DNA of 37,756 nt from Pseudomonadota bacterium (GTDB lineage: Bacteria; UBA10199; 2-02-FULL-44-16; JAAZCA01): contig JBDRBN010000125.1 of assembly GCA_043822785.1 (NCBI GenBank), forward strand, positions 1 through 37,756, read 5' to 3'. A model generated the notes under the pieces. It saw nothing but the letters and a program-made list of their open reading frames with translations, searched no databases and was not told the DNA's origin. The number at the start of each line of letters is the position of its first letter. The stretch's first letter is position 1. Shown here one piece after another: positions 9,423 to 19,454 of this stretch. A program made the translations under genes and the position numbers.

Positions 9423-9544
9423 GTGATATTTTTTCTCCTGTCGCCGCTCAGTAGAAATGCGACGTGGGAATAACCGTAGGCCACCCCTAGGGGTGACCTA
9501 CAAGATATACAAGATACTGAACTTACATGTTTTGCCTTTTTATT

Positions 9545-9568
9545 AAACTTGACGTTAACGTAAAGGTT
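9545..9568. promoter_or_regulatory. Dyad operator typical of MerR-family promoters (probable autoregulatory site)
   Basis: AAACTTGACGTT/AACGTAAAGGTT imperfect palindrome (10/12) just upstream of the MerR gene. Confidence 0.6.
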
Positions 9569-9584
9569 GGTTATGCATGCGCTG

Positions 9585-10046
9585 ATGGATAATAAGCTAA
9601 ACACTTATCATATTGGAGACATTGCACAAAAACTGGGTGTCTCATCCAGGTCCATTCGCTATTATGAAGAATTTGGACTGTTAAGGCCATCTCGTACAGA
9701 TGGGGGATTTAGAAAATATTCTGAACACGACGTAAACCTTATCAGGATGATCGTACGGTTTAAGGACCTGGGCATGACTCTGGAAGAGATTCGCACCCTT
9801 CTTGGAAAGCGCAATGACGATGTCGATTCCAATGCCCTGCGCAGCCTAAAGAGCGCTTTGGCTTTTAGAAAAAAGGAGTTCCAAGATAAAATAGAAAAGT
9901 TAAAAGAAGGAATCGAACAGATAGATCTTGTCCTAAAGCAGCTTAATCAATGTGATCAGTGTGGCATGACAATGGAAAAAGAAGTTTGCCACATTTGCAT
10001 GAAAAAAAGCGGTGATGTTTCTCCTCTTATGGGTCCGTTGCTATAA
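9585..10046 (+). CDS. MerR-family transcriptional regulator with C-terminal CxxC-x8-CxxC
   Basis: YHIGDIAQKLGVSSRSIRYYEEFGLL, RTDGGFRKY, LGMTLEEI; start could also be 9573. Confidence 0.92.
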   Translation: MDNKLNTYHIGDIAQKLGVSSRSIRYYEEFGLLRPSRTDGGFRKYSEHDVNLIRMIVRFKDLGMTLEEIRTLLGKRNDDVDSNALRSLKSALAFRKKEFQDKIEKLKEGIEQIDLVLKQLNQCDQCGMTMEKEVCHICMKKSGDVSPLMGPLL

Positions 10047-10061
10047 TTGGTAAGCAACGCA

Positions 10062-10149
10062 TGTCATTGCGAGCGAAAGCGAAGCAATCCCCTTAAGAAC
10101 AGTGTGAGCAGGGGGATTGCTTCGTCGCTAAATGCTCCTCGCAATGACG
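10062..10149. repeat. Palindromic REP/RPE-like element
   Basis: TGTCATTGCGAGCGAAAGCGAAGCAATCCCC...GGGGATTGCTTCG...CTCGCAATGACG. Confidence 0.9.
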
Positions 10150-10177
10150 TCCCGATTTGGATTTTTTGGAGGTAATA

Positions 10178-11014
10178 ATGTGGAATTATTCGGAAAAAGT
10201 GATCGATCATTTTCTGCATCCTAGAAATGTCGGAGAGATTGAAAATCCTGATGGAGAAGGAGAAGTAGGTTCTCTAGCATGTGGCGACATGCTGAGGCTT
10301 ACCTTTAAGCTAGGCAAAGATGGAAGGATTGCAGATGCAAAGTTCAAGACCTTTGGCTGTGCATCGGCGATCGCATCCAGCTCAGCTCTTACTGAGATGA
10401 TAAAGGGTAAAACCATAGAGGAGGCCGCTACAGTTACAAACAGGGATATAGCAGAGTATCTTGGTGGACTGCCTGAGGAGAAGATGCACTGCTCGGTCAT
10501 GGGCCGCGAAGCCCTGGATGCAGCTATCGCCAACTATCGCGGCGAAGGCGTCGAAGCACGCACGCTGGAAGGTGCGGTAGTCTGCAAGTGTTATGGAGTT
10601 ACTGAAAATGAAATCCGCCGAGTTGCAGCTGAAAACGATCTTCATACTGTAGAAGAGGTCACCAACTATACCAAGGCTGGTGGCGGATGTGGCATGTGCC
10701 ATGACCGCATCAAGGAGATACTCGCAGGCACACGCGCTTCGCCTAGCGCACCGAGCGAAACCGGCCCCCAGCTTAGCAACATCGAAAAGATGCATAAAAT
10801 CGAAGAGCTCATCGAAACCAGAATCCGCCCTGCCCTTAAGCAGGATGGCGGTGATATCGATCTCATCGACATCAATCACAATGTCATTTATGTAAGGCTC
10901 AAAGGCGCGTGCGAAACCTGCCCTTCTGCAACAACCACTATGCGGCAATTCATCGAAAAGGAAATCCACAAAGAGATCTCCCCCACCATGCGCGTTGAGG
11001 AGGTCCGTAAATGA
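10178..11014 (+). CDS. nifU: Fe-S cluster scaffold NifU (IscU-like, BFD-like and NfuA-like domains)
   Basis: YSEKVIDHFLHPRNVG, ACGD, FKTFGCASAIAS, KMHCS, VCKCYGV..AGGGCGMC, DGGDI..GACETCP; GGAGG RBS before ATG 10178. Confidence 0.95.
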   Translation: MWNYSEKVIDHFLHPRNVGEIENPDGEGEVGSLACGDMLRLTFKLGKDGRIADAKFKTFGCASAIASSSALTEMIKGKTIEEAATVTNRDIAEYLGGLPEEKMHCSVMGREALDAAIANYRGEGVEARTLEGAVVCKCYGVTENEIRRVAAENDLHTVEEVTNYTKAGGGCGMCHDRIKEILAGTRASPSAPSETGPQLSNIEKMHKIEELIETRIRPALKQDGGDIDLIDINHNVIYVRLKGACETCPSATTTMRQFIEKEIHKEISPTMRVEEVRK

Positions 11015-12165
11015 AAACCGTGTACCTGGATAACAACGCCACCACACAGATAGCACCTGAAGTGGTCAACGCCATGATGCCATTTCTCACAGATCTGTGG
11101 GGAAATCCATCTAGCATGCATACGTTTGGTGGCCAAGTTGCGCGTCATTTAGATAGAGCCCGCGAGCAGGTTGCTGACCTTATTGCTGCAGAGAGCCCTA
11201 GTGAAATAATTTTCACGAGTTGCGGAACTGAAAGCGACAATACGGCAATTCTTGCAGGGCTAGCAGCTGCTCCCAAAAAAAATCGCATTGTCACAACAAG
11301 TGTTGAGCATCCAGCTGTTCTCAATCTCGCAAAGAAATTGGAAAGCAAAGGTAAAGAAATCATATTTCTACCTGTTGACAAAGCAGGCCGCCTAGATCTT
11401 TTGGAATTTGAAAGGTCGTTAACAGGAGATGTTGCTGTGGTCTCGATCATGTGGGCCAACAACGAGACAGGCGTGCTATTCCCTATTGAGCGGATCGCAG
11501 AAAGCTGCGCTGAACGCGGTATCCCGCTTCATGTCGACGCTGTTCAGATTGTGGGTAAGCTGCCTGTTGATCTCAAAAAAGTGCCCATCACATACCTAGC
11601 TATCTCAGGCCACAAGCTTCATGCGCCCAAGGGAGTAGGAGCTCTGTATGTTAGGCGTGGCACACCATTTACGCCCTTCATCGTGGGCGGCCATCAGGAA
11701 AAAGGCCGCAGGGGCGGAACAGAAAATGTAGCTTCTATAGTTGGCTTGGGAAAGGCCTGCGAGTTAGCCGGAGCCAATATGGACGAAGAGCGCAAGAGCG
11801 TGTCCAAACTCAGGGATAAGCTGGAAAAAGGAATTGTAGAGAGTATTCCCAGAGCAATAGTTCATGGCGATGTGGACCATAGGCTTCCTAATACCACGAA
11901 CATCGGGTTTGAGTCTGTAGAAGGCGAAGCCATTTTACTCTTGATGAATGAGGTCGGTATTTGCGCATCCTCTGGATCTGCCTGCACCTCTGGCTCTTTG
12001 GACCCCTCTCATGTGATGAAGGCCATGGGAGTGCCTTTTACTCGCGCTCATGGCTCTATCCGCTTCTCTTTGTCCCGCTACAACACTAAAGCTGAGATAG
12101 ATCATGTTTTAAAGCACCTTCCTGGAATAATAGAGAGGCTAAGGGAGCTTTCCCCGGTTAAATAA
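11011..12165 (+). CDS. nifS: Cysteine desulfurase NifS
   Basis: YLDNNATT, GNPSSMH, FTSCGTESDN, SGHKLHAPKG, SSGSACTSG; overlaps the nifU stop. Confidence 0.95.
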   Translation: MKTVYLDNNATTQIAPEVVNAMMPFLTDLWGNPSSMHTFGGQVARHLDRAREQVADLIAAESPSEIIFTSCGTESDNTAILAGLAAAPKKNRIVTTSVEHPAVLNLAKKLESKGKEIIFLPVDKAGRLDLLEFERSLTGDVAVVSIMWANNETGVLFPIERIAESCAERGIPLHVDAVQIVGKLPVDLKKVPITYLAISGHKLHAPKGVGALYVRRGTPFTPFIVGGHQEKGRRGGTENVASIVGLGKACELAGANMDEERKSVSKLRDKLEKGIVESIPRAIVHGDVDHRLPNTTNIGFESVEGEAILLLMNEVGICASSGSACTSGSLDPSHVMKAMGVPFTRAHGSIRFSLSRYNTKAEIDHVLKHLPGIIERLRELSPVK

Positions 12166-12175
12166 CGAAGGCTCG

Positions 12176-12279
12176 GGCATACAGCAAACAGCTTACGGCT
12201 AACAGCTTACGGCTAAAAACAGGTGCTTTAAGCCGTATGCAGTAAGCGAAGGAAGTGAGCGAGCCGTTTGCTGTATGCC
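12176..12279. repeat. Inverted array of 7-nt units after nifS (possible terminator role)
   Basis: GGCATACAGCAAAC...GTTTGCTGTATGCC with internal ACAGCTT/ACGGCTA units. Confidence 0.75.
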
Positions 12280-12335
12280 TTTGGCCGTATTTTCCCTTGA
12301 CTTAAATGACAAATTTCCTATAAGCCTGCGTCCTT

Positions 12336-12785
12336 ATGAATAACCAGAAAACAACGCTAGTTACACCTGCAAATGTTACACGCGGCTGGGTTATTGTGGA
12401 TGTGCAAAACCAGGTTGTAGGCAGAGTTGCATCCACTATAGCAGATATCTTAAGGGGTAAAAATAAACCAAGTTTCACACCCAATATCGATAACGGCGAC
12501 TTCGTGGTCGTGATTAATGCATCAAAGGTAAAGTTTACTGGAAAAAAGGCCAAGCAAAAGGAATACCATCGTCACACAGGCTTCTTTGGTGGCCTCAAAT
12601 CCATAACTGTTGAAAAACAGCTTCAAAAACATCCTGAACGCGTTTTGGAGGATGCAGTGTGGGGCATGCTGCCCAAAAATCGCCTTTCAAAGAAGCTCAT
12701 TAAGAAATTAAAAATATATTCTGGCACAGAGCATCCACACGAAGCCCAAAATCCTGTGGAGCTCAAAATCGAGAAAGCACTATGA
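12336..12785 (+). CDS. rplM: 50S ribosomal protein L13
   Basis: LRGKNKPSFTPNIDNGDFVVVINA, GMLPKN, HPHEAQNP. Confidence 0.98.
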   Translation: MNNQKTTLVTPANVTRGWVIVDVQNQVVGRVASTIADILRGKNKPSFTPNIDNGDFVVVINASKVKFTGKKAKQKEYHRHTGFFGGLKSITVEKQLQKHPERVLEDAVWGMLPKNRLSKKLIKKLKIYSGTEHPHEAQNPVELKIEKAL

Positions 12786-13204
12786 CTCGAACAATCCCTT
12801 CAACTGAAACAAAGAAACGAACTGAATTCTGCGCAACAGGCAAGCGCAAGACCTCCATCGCTCGCGTAAGGCTCGCTCCTGGTGATGGAAAGATCTTAGT
12901 CAATAAAAAGTCGGTTGAACAATATTTTGCCCGCCCTACTCTTCTCATGGCTGTGCAGAAGCCATTTGAGATAACTGGCACAACAGGCAAGTTTGATGCA
13001 CGTGTAAATGTATGTGGTGGCGGAGTAGCGGGGCAGGCTGGTGCAGTAAAACACGGCATTGCAAGAGCTCTACTTGCGATGAACGCTGATCTTCGCAAGC
13101 CGCTCAAGGCAGAGGGTCTTCTCACACGTGATGCGCGCGAAAAAGAACGTCGCAAGGTCGGACGTCGCAAAGCACGCCGTCGTCCACAGTACTCGAAGCG
13201 TTAA
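12782..13204 (+). CDS. rpsI: 30S ribosomal protein S9
   Basis: ATGKRKTSIARV, GGGVAGQAGAVKHGIARAL, LTRDAREKERRK, QYSKR. Confidence 0.98.
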   Translation: MTRTIPSTETKKRTEFCATGKRKTSIARVRLAPGDGKILVNKKSVEQYFARPTLLMAVQKPFEITGTTGKFDARVNVCGGGVAGQAGAVKHGIARALLAMNADLRKPLKAEGLLTRDAREKERRKVGRRKARRRPQYSKR

Positions 13205-13243
13205 AAATTCCTATCTCTTATTTTGCAAATTATATCAAAGGAA

Positions 13244-13328
13244 TGTCATTGCGAGGAGCGCAAGCTCCGAAGCAATCACCTTAGCTTGACAAATTTCAGG
13301 AGATTGCTTCGCTACGCTCGCAATGACA
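13244..13328. repeat. Palindromic REP/RPE-like element
   Basis: TGTCATTGCGAGGAGC...AAGCAATC...GATTGCTTCGCTACGCTCGCAATGACA. Confidence 0.9.
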
Positions 13329-13386
13329 GAAGTGTTAACGTGTCTGGCGTTTCTCGCGCTTTATCATATTTTTTTCTTCACCTTCC

Positions 13387-13415
13387 TTGACAGTGGCGAC
13401 ATCGCCGAATATAGT
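13387..13415 (+). promoter_or_regulatory. Sigma70-type promoter of pyrG
   Basis: TTGACA-N17-TATAGT. Confidence 0.7.
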
Positions 13416-13418
13416 AAA

Positions 13419-15269
<1,851 letters not shown>

Positions 15270-15272
15270 AGC

Positions 15273-15382
15273 CGAAGGATTGACCCTTCGACTTCACCAC
15301 AAGGTATCGCTCAGGGCTTCTCAGCCGAACGGTCAATCCTGAGCAAGCACGGCCTAAAGGCCGTGTGAGTCGAAGGATTGAC
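15273..15382. repeat. CCTTCGACT..GCTCAGG / CCTGAGC..AGTCGAAGG palindromic element
   Basis: Two inverted units; CGAAGGATTGAC at both ends; same unit at 4032-4051 and about 21369-21388. Confidence 0.8.
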
Positions 15383-15406
15383 TTTTGACCTTCCCCGCCG
15401 TATCAT
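15378..15406 (+). promoter_or_regulatory. Sigma70-type promoter of rpoN, -35 box overlapping the end of a repeat element
   Basis: TTGACT-N17-TATCAT. Confidence 0.55.
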
Positions 15407-15485
15407 TATCTTTGTACAAAGACGAATATAGCTGAATTTCCAGCAATTTAAGCGGCTCAAAAGCTGCCCAAAACATCGCGATTTT

Positions 15486-16961
15486 ATGGCACTGGAATTA
15501 AAACAAAGCGTTAGGCTTGCTCAACAACTCGTAGTCACGCCTCAGCTGCAACAGGCAATTAAGCTTTTGCAACTCTCAAGACTTGAGCTGTCTGAACTCA
15601 TACAAAACGAACTACTCGAAAACCCTGTGTTGGAAGATGTTGAAGGTGCAGGCGAGGAAGGCGAAGCTGAAAAGAAGACAGCTTCAGAAAAACATGAAGA
15701 GGCAAAGCAAGAAGAGCGCACCCGCGAGCAATCTGTCGATGAAGTCGGAGACGCTGATGGAACCTTTAAGGAACCGACGAACTTTGATTGGGAAAATTAT
15801 CTACAAACGTACAATGCGCCCGGTTATGCGATCGAACGCGAGATGACAGGCGAAGAAGCACCCACCTACGATGCTTTCTTAAGTCAAACCGAATCGCTTC
15901 AAGACCATCTGCTCTGGCAACTACATCTATCCAACATGACGCCCAGACAGATGGAAATCGGCACTGAAATCATCGGCAACATAAACCCAGATGGCTATCT
16001 TCAGGCAACAATTGAAGACATCACCTCCAAGAGCAATGCCAGCAAGAGTGAAGTCGAAGCTGTTCTTACAAGAATACAAGAATTTGACCCTACAGGAGTT
16101 GCAGCAAGGGACATACAAGAATGCCTCATGCTCCAAACGAGAATACTGGGCGACCCCACTGGCCTTGCCGATTCCATAATACGCGATCATCTCCCAGACC
16201 TTGAGCGCCACAATTTTTCTCAAATCGCAAAAAAGCTTTCAGTAACGACCGACCGGATAAAAGAAGCAGCAAATTTCATCGCAGCGCTTGAACCTAAGCC
16301 TGGCCGCCCATTTAGCCAAGAATCTCCGCAGTACATCACGCCAGATATCTATGTGCATCAAGTGGGAGATGAGTACGTAATCACTTTAAACGAGGATGGC
16401 CTTCCCAAACTACGGGTAAGCGATTTCTATCGTCGCGCGCTCATGCGTGGTTCCATGGTTGGCGATCAGACCAAAGATTACATCCAGGGCAGGATGAGGG
16501 CAGCTGTCTGGCTCATAAAAAGCATTCACCAGCGCCAACAAACGCTTTTTAAGGTATCCAAGAGCATTGTGAAGTTTCAGAAAGATTTCTTTGATAAGGG
16601 ACTTTTGGCGCTAAAGCCTTTGGTCCTCAAAGATGTAGCGGACGACATCGAAATGCACGAATCCACAATCAGCCGCGTAACTACAAATAAGTTCATGCAC
16701 ACTCCCCGCGGCATATACGAGCTTAAATTTTTCTTTAACAGCGGCATACACCAGCTAGAGGGTGGAGGCGTGGCTTCTGAAGCTGTAAAGCTCATGATCA
16801 AGCGCCTTATAGGCGCGGAAAATCCAAAGTCTCCCCTTTCAGATCAGGAAATAGCCGACCATCTCAAGAAACTCAACGTCGATATTGCACGGCGCACTGT
16901 TGCAAAATATCGGGAGAGCCTTGGCATTCTCCCCTCATCTCGCAGAAAACGTGCAGAATAA
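15486..16961 (+). CDS. rpoN: RNA polymerase sigma-54 factor
   Basis: TPQLQQAIKLLQL, MHESTISRVT, RpoN box ARRTVAKYRE. Confidence 0.99.
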   Translation: MALELKQSVRLAQQLVVTPQLQQAIKLLQLSRLELSELIQNELLENPVLEDVEGAGEEGEAEKKTASEKHEEAKQEERTREQSVDEVGDADGTFKEPTNFDWENYLQTYNAPGYAIEREMTGEEAPTYDAFLSQTESLQDHLLWQLHLSNMTPRQMEIGTEIIGNINPDGYLQATIEDITSKSNASKSEVEAVLTRIQEFDPTGVAARDIQECLMLQTRILGDPTGLADSIIRDHLPDLERHNFSQIAKKLSVTTDRIKEAANFIAALEPKPGRPFSQESPQYITPDIYVHQVGDEYVITLNEDGLPKLRVSDFYRRALMRGSMVGDQTKDYIQGRMRAAVWLIKSIHQRQQTLFKVSKSIVKFQKDFFDKGLLALKPLVLKDVADDIEMHESTISRVTTNKFMHTPRGIYELKFFFNSGIHQLEGGGVASEAVKLMIKRLIGAENPKSPLSDQEIADHLKKLNVDIARRTVAKYRESLGILPSSRRKRAE

Positions 16962-16998
16962 GCATAACCTCACAAAAGAAAATATGGAGCACACATCT

Positions 16999-17304
16999 AT
17001 GAACACTATCGATACAACCTTTACATTTAGAAATATGGAATCCACAGAGGCCCTCAGAATCCATGTGATGGATAAACTCGAAAGGGTTAAAAAATATCTT
17101 ATGTCCACAGCCGACGTCCACTGTATATTAAAAGTAGAGGGCGCGCGCCACTTGGCTGAGATCACGTTAAACGTCAGGGGCGGACGCTACGTTGGACACG
17201 CTATCAGCAATGACATGTACACCTCCATTGATGGAGCTGTGGATAGGATCGTAAAACAACTCAGCCGAATAAAGGAACGAAGAAAGGGCCACAAGGGGGA
17301 ATGA
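16999..17304 (+). CDS. hpf: Ribosome hibernation promoting factor (short HPF/RaiA)
   Basis: TFRNMESTEALR, DMYTSIDGAVDRIVKQL; directly after rpoN; start 16999 (alternative 16984). Confidence 0.9.
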   Translation: MNTIDTTFTFRNMESTEALRIHVMDKLERVKKYLMSTADVHCILKVEGARHLAEITLNVRGGRYVGHAISNDMYTSIDGAVDRIVKQLSRIKERRKGHKGE

Positions 17305-17774
17305 GCGACTTTATGCATTTGACCGAGATTCTTCGGCCTGAAATGGTGTGGCCACACCTAAAAGCTAACACAAAACCTGAAGTGATAAGGGAGTTGGCCC
17401 GTTTCATGGCTGCTAATGACAAAGCTCTCGATGAAAAGAGCATCGGCGAAGTCCTTATGGAACGAGAACGTCTCGGAAGCACGGGCATTCGAGACGGAAT
17501 CGCAATTCCTCACGGTAAGGTGCCAGGCCTTGACCGAATGATCATCGCGTGTGGCCGCAGCGAAAGCGGCATTGATTTCGATGCTCATGACAAGAAACCA
17601 ACTCACCTCTTCTTCGTTCTGCTCGCACCAGAGTTTGCTGCAGGCCAGCATCTTAAAGCTCTAGCCCGTCTCTCCAAGCTTCTGAATGATGCAGGATTTC
17701 GTGAAAAACTCATGTCCTCCAAGAATGCTGAGGAAATATTCTGTAACATAGTTGAGGAGGATAAGAACAACTGA
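17301..17774 (+). CDS. ptsN: PTS EIIA-Ntr-like protein
   Basis: ERERLGSTGI..GIAIPHG, IDFDAHD, HLKALARLS. Confidence 0.9.
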   Translation: MSDFMHLTEILRPEMVWPHLKANTKPEVIRELARFMAANDKALDEKSIGEVLMERERLGSTGIRDGIAIPHGKVPGLDRMIIACGRSESGIDFDAHDKKPTHLFFVLLAPEFAAGQHLKALARLSKLLNDAGFREKLMSSKNAEEIFCNIVEEDKNN

Positions 17775-18742
17775 TGCTAGGCATACCTGTCATCAAGCTT
17801 CTTAAAGAGTCAAAACACAGGCTCCATCTCGAATTCATCTCCGGCAAAAATGGCCTTGATAAAAAGATCTCTATCCCCCGAATTCAAAAGCCCGGGCTGG
17901 CACTTACCGGTGATACCTCAAACCTCCACCCAGGCCGCATCCAGATACTTGGCAAAGCAGAGATGAAATATTTAAATGCGCTAACAGACGCAAAGGGCCG
18001 TTCTGTAATAAAGGCCATCGGAGACATCGATATAGCATGCATCATAATCACAAGAAATGCCGATGCCCCTAAGGCCCTTATCGAAATATGCAAAACAAAA
18101 AACATACCGCTCATGAGAACAAGGCTACTCACATCCACCTTCGTCAACAGGGCAACCCGTTTTTTGGAAGAGAGCCTGGCTGATTCAACGTGCCTTCACG
18201 GCGTTCTCATGGACATATTCGGAGTCGGAATCCTATTGGTCGGAAAAAGCGGCATGGGAAAAAGCGAATGCGCTTTGGACCTTGTGCTTCGCGGACATAG
18301 GCTGGTGGCAGACGATATAGTCAACATTCGAAAGCGGCCCCCATCCACACTTTACGGCACAGGCTCTGAAATCATCAAACATCATATGGAAATCCGCGGC
18401 ATAGGCATCATAAATATAAGGGACCTCTTCGGCGTCTCGGCAGTCAGAGACCGAAAGGTCATCGAAATGGTAATAGAGCTGTCAGAGTGGAATCCAGATA
18501 TCGAATACGATCGCCTTGGTCTTGAAGACCACAGATATTCGATATTGGATGTCAACGTTCCATTCATACAAATTCCAGTTCGGCCTGGTCGAAATCTATC
18601 GGCAATCATCGAAGTGGCTACTCGAAATCATCTCCTAAAACTCGGAGGATACCATTCTGCCAGAGACTTTCAAGAAAGGCTTTCGCTTGAAATTCTCTCA
18701 AGCGAAAAGAAAATGAGCGACGTACTTACTCAACTAGAATAG
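17774..18742 (+). CDS. hprK: HPr(Ser) kinase/phosphorylase
   Basis: HGVLMDIFGVG, GKSGMGKSECALDL, HRLVADD, MEIRGIGII, PVRPGRN. Confidence 0.97.
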   Translation: MLGIPVIKLLKESKHRLHLEFISGKNGLDKKISIPRIQKPGLALTGDTSNLHPGRIQILGKAEMKYLNALTDAKGRSVIKAIGDIDIACIIITRNADAPKALIEICKTKNIPLMRTRLLTSTFVNRATRFLEESLADSTCLHGVLMDIFGVGILLVGKSGMGKSECALDLVLRGHRLVADDIVNIRKRPPSTLYGTGSEIIKHHMEIRGIGIINIRDLFGVSAVRDRKVIEMVIELSEWNPDIEYDRLGLEDHRYSILDVNVPFIQIPVRPGRNLSAIIEVATRNHLLKLGGYHSARDFQERLSLEILSSEKKMSDVLTQLE

Positions 18743-18753
18743 GGATAACAACT

Positions 18754-19176
18754 ATGATAGGAATCGTAGTAGTATCACACAGCAACATCAGCAACGAGAT
18801 GATCAGCGCTACCAGCCGCATCGTACCTGAAGCAACACATATGAGCGCCGTGGCTGTTGAATCAAACGACCCCCCAGAGTCCATACGCCAACACATCTCC
18901 GAAGCAGTGCAAAACGTGGATCAAGGCAATGGAGTTCTTATTTTAACTGATATGTTCGGTGGCACACCGTCAAACATATGCATGACCTTTCTTCAACCAG
19001 AGAAAATAGAAGTTGTATCGGGTTTCAATATGCCCATGCTCATCAAACTCGCAAATTTGGAATCAGATGCCGACTTTATGGAAACCGTTCACTTTATACA
19101 AAAGTACGGCCAACGAAATATCGTCATTGCGAGCGAGGTGCTAGCTGGAAAGGAACGAAGGTATGAACATGGCTGA
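18754..19176 (+). CDS. PTS mannose-type EIIA component
   Basis: MIGIVVVSH, GVLILTDMFGGTPSN, EVVSGFNMPML. Confidence 0.93.
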   Translation: MIGIVVVSHSNISNEMISATSRIVPEATHMSAVAVESNDPPESIRQHISEAVQNVDQGNGVLILTDMFGGTPSNICMTFLQPEKIEVVSGFNMPMLIKLANLESDADFMETVHFIQKYGQRNIVIASEVLAGKERRYEHG

Positions 19177-19453
19177 AGAAATTTTAGAGCTTACTCAAAA
19201 CTTTACAATCATTAACACGCTAGGTCTTCACGCCAGGGCTGCTGCGACGTTTGTGAAGATCGCTAACCGCTTTCGCTCGGAAATTACAGTGATGAAAGAT
19301 GAAACATCGGTTAACGGTAAGAGTATAATGGGTGTTCTCATGCTCGCTGCTTCTAAAGACACCGAGATCATAATTACAGCAAAGGGCAGCGATGCAAAAG
19401 AAGCGCTGGAGGCTTTGGGCAAACTCATCAAGGATAAATTCGGCGAAAATTAA
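19163..19453 (+). CDS. ptsH: Phosphocarrier HPr
   Basis: GLHARAAA (His site), NGKSIMGVLML (Ser site). Confidence 0.95.
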   Translation: MNMAEEILELTQNFTIINTLGLHARAAATFVKIANRFRSEITVMKDETSVNGKSIMGVLMLAASKDTEIIITAKGSDAKEALEALGKLIKDKFGEN

Positions 19454-19454
19454 T

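Noticed and set aside
9482..9495. Perfect 14-bp palindrome CACCCCTAGGGGTG in the divergent promoter region
   Set aside because: Single occurrence with no assignable regulator; could be an operator, but unsupported.
10382..11056. Long antisense ORFs (10382-11056, 4438-5067)
   Set aside because: They overlap well-supported genes on the opposite strand and carry no recognisable motifs.
10178..12165. nifU/nifS as evidence of nitrogen fixation
   Set aside because: No nitrogenase genes in the window; NIF-type systems serve housekeeping Fe-S assembly in many anaerobes.
19122..19136. CGTCATTGCGAGCGA in the EIIA gene resembles the left end of the palindromic element
   Set aside because: No right arm, and it encodes NIVIASE, an ordinary EIIA-Man C-terminal strand; most likely coincidence.
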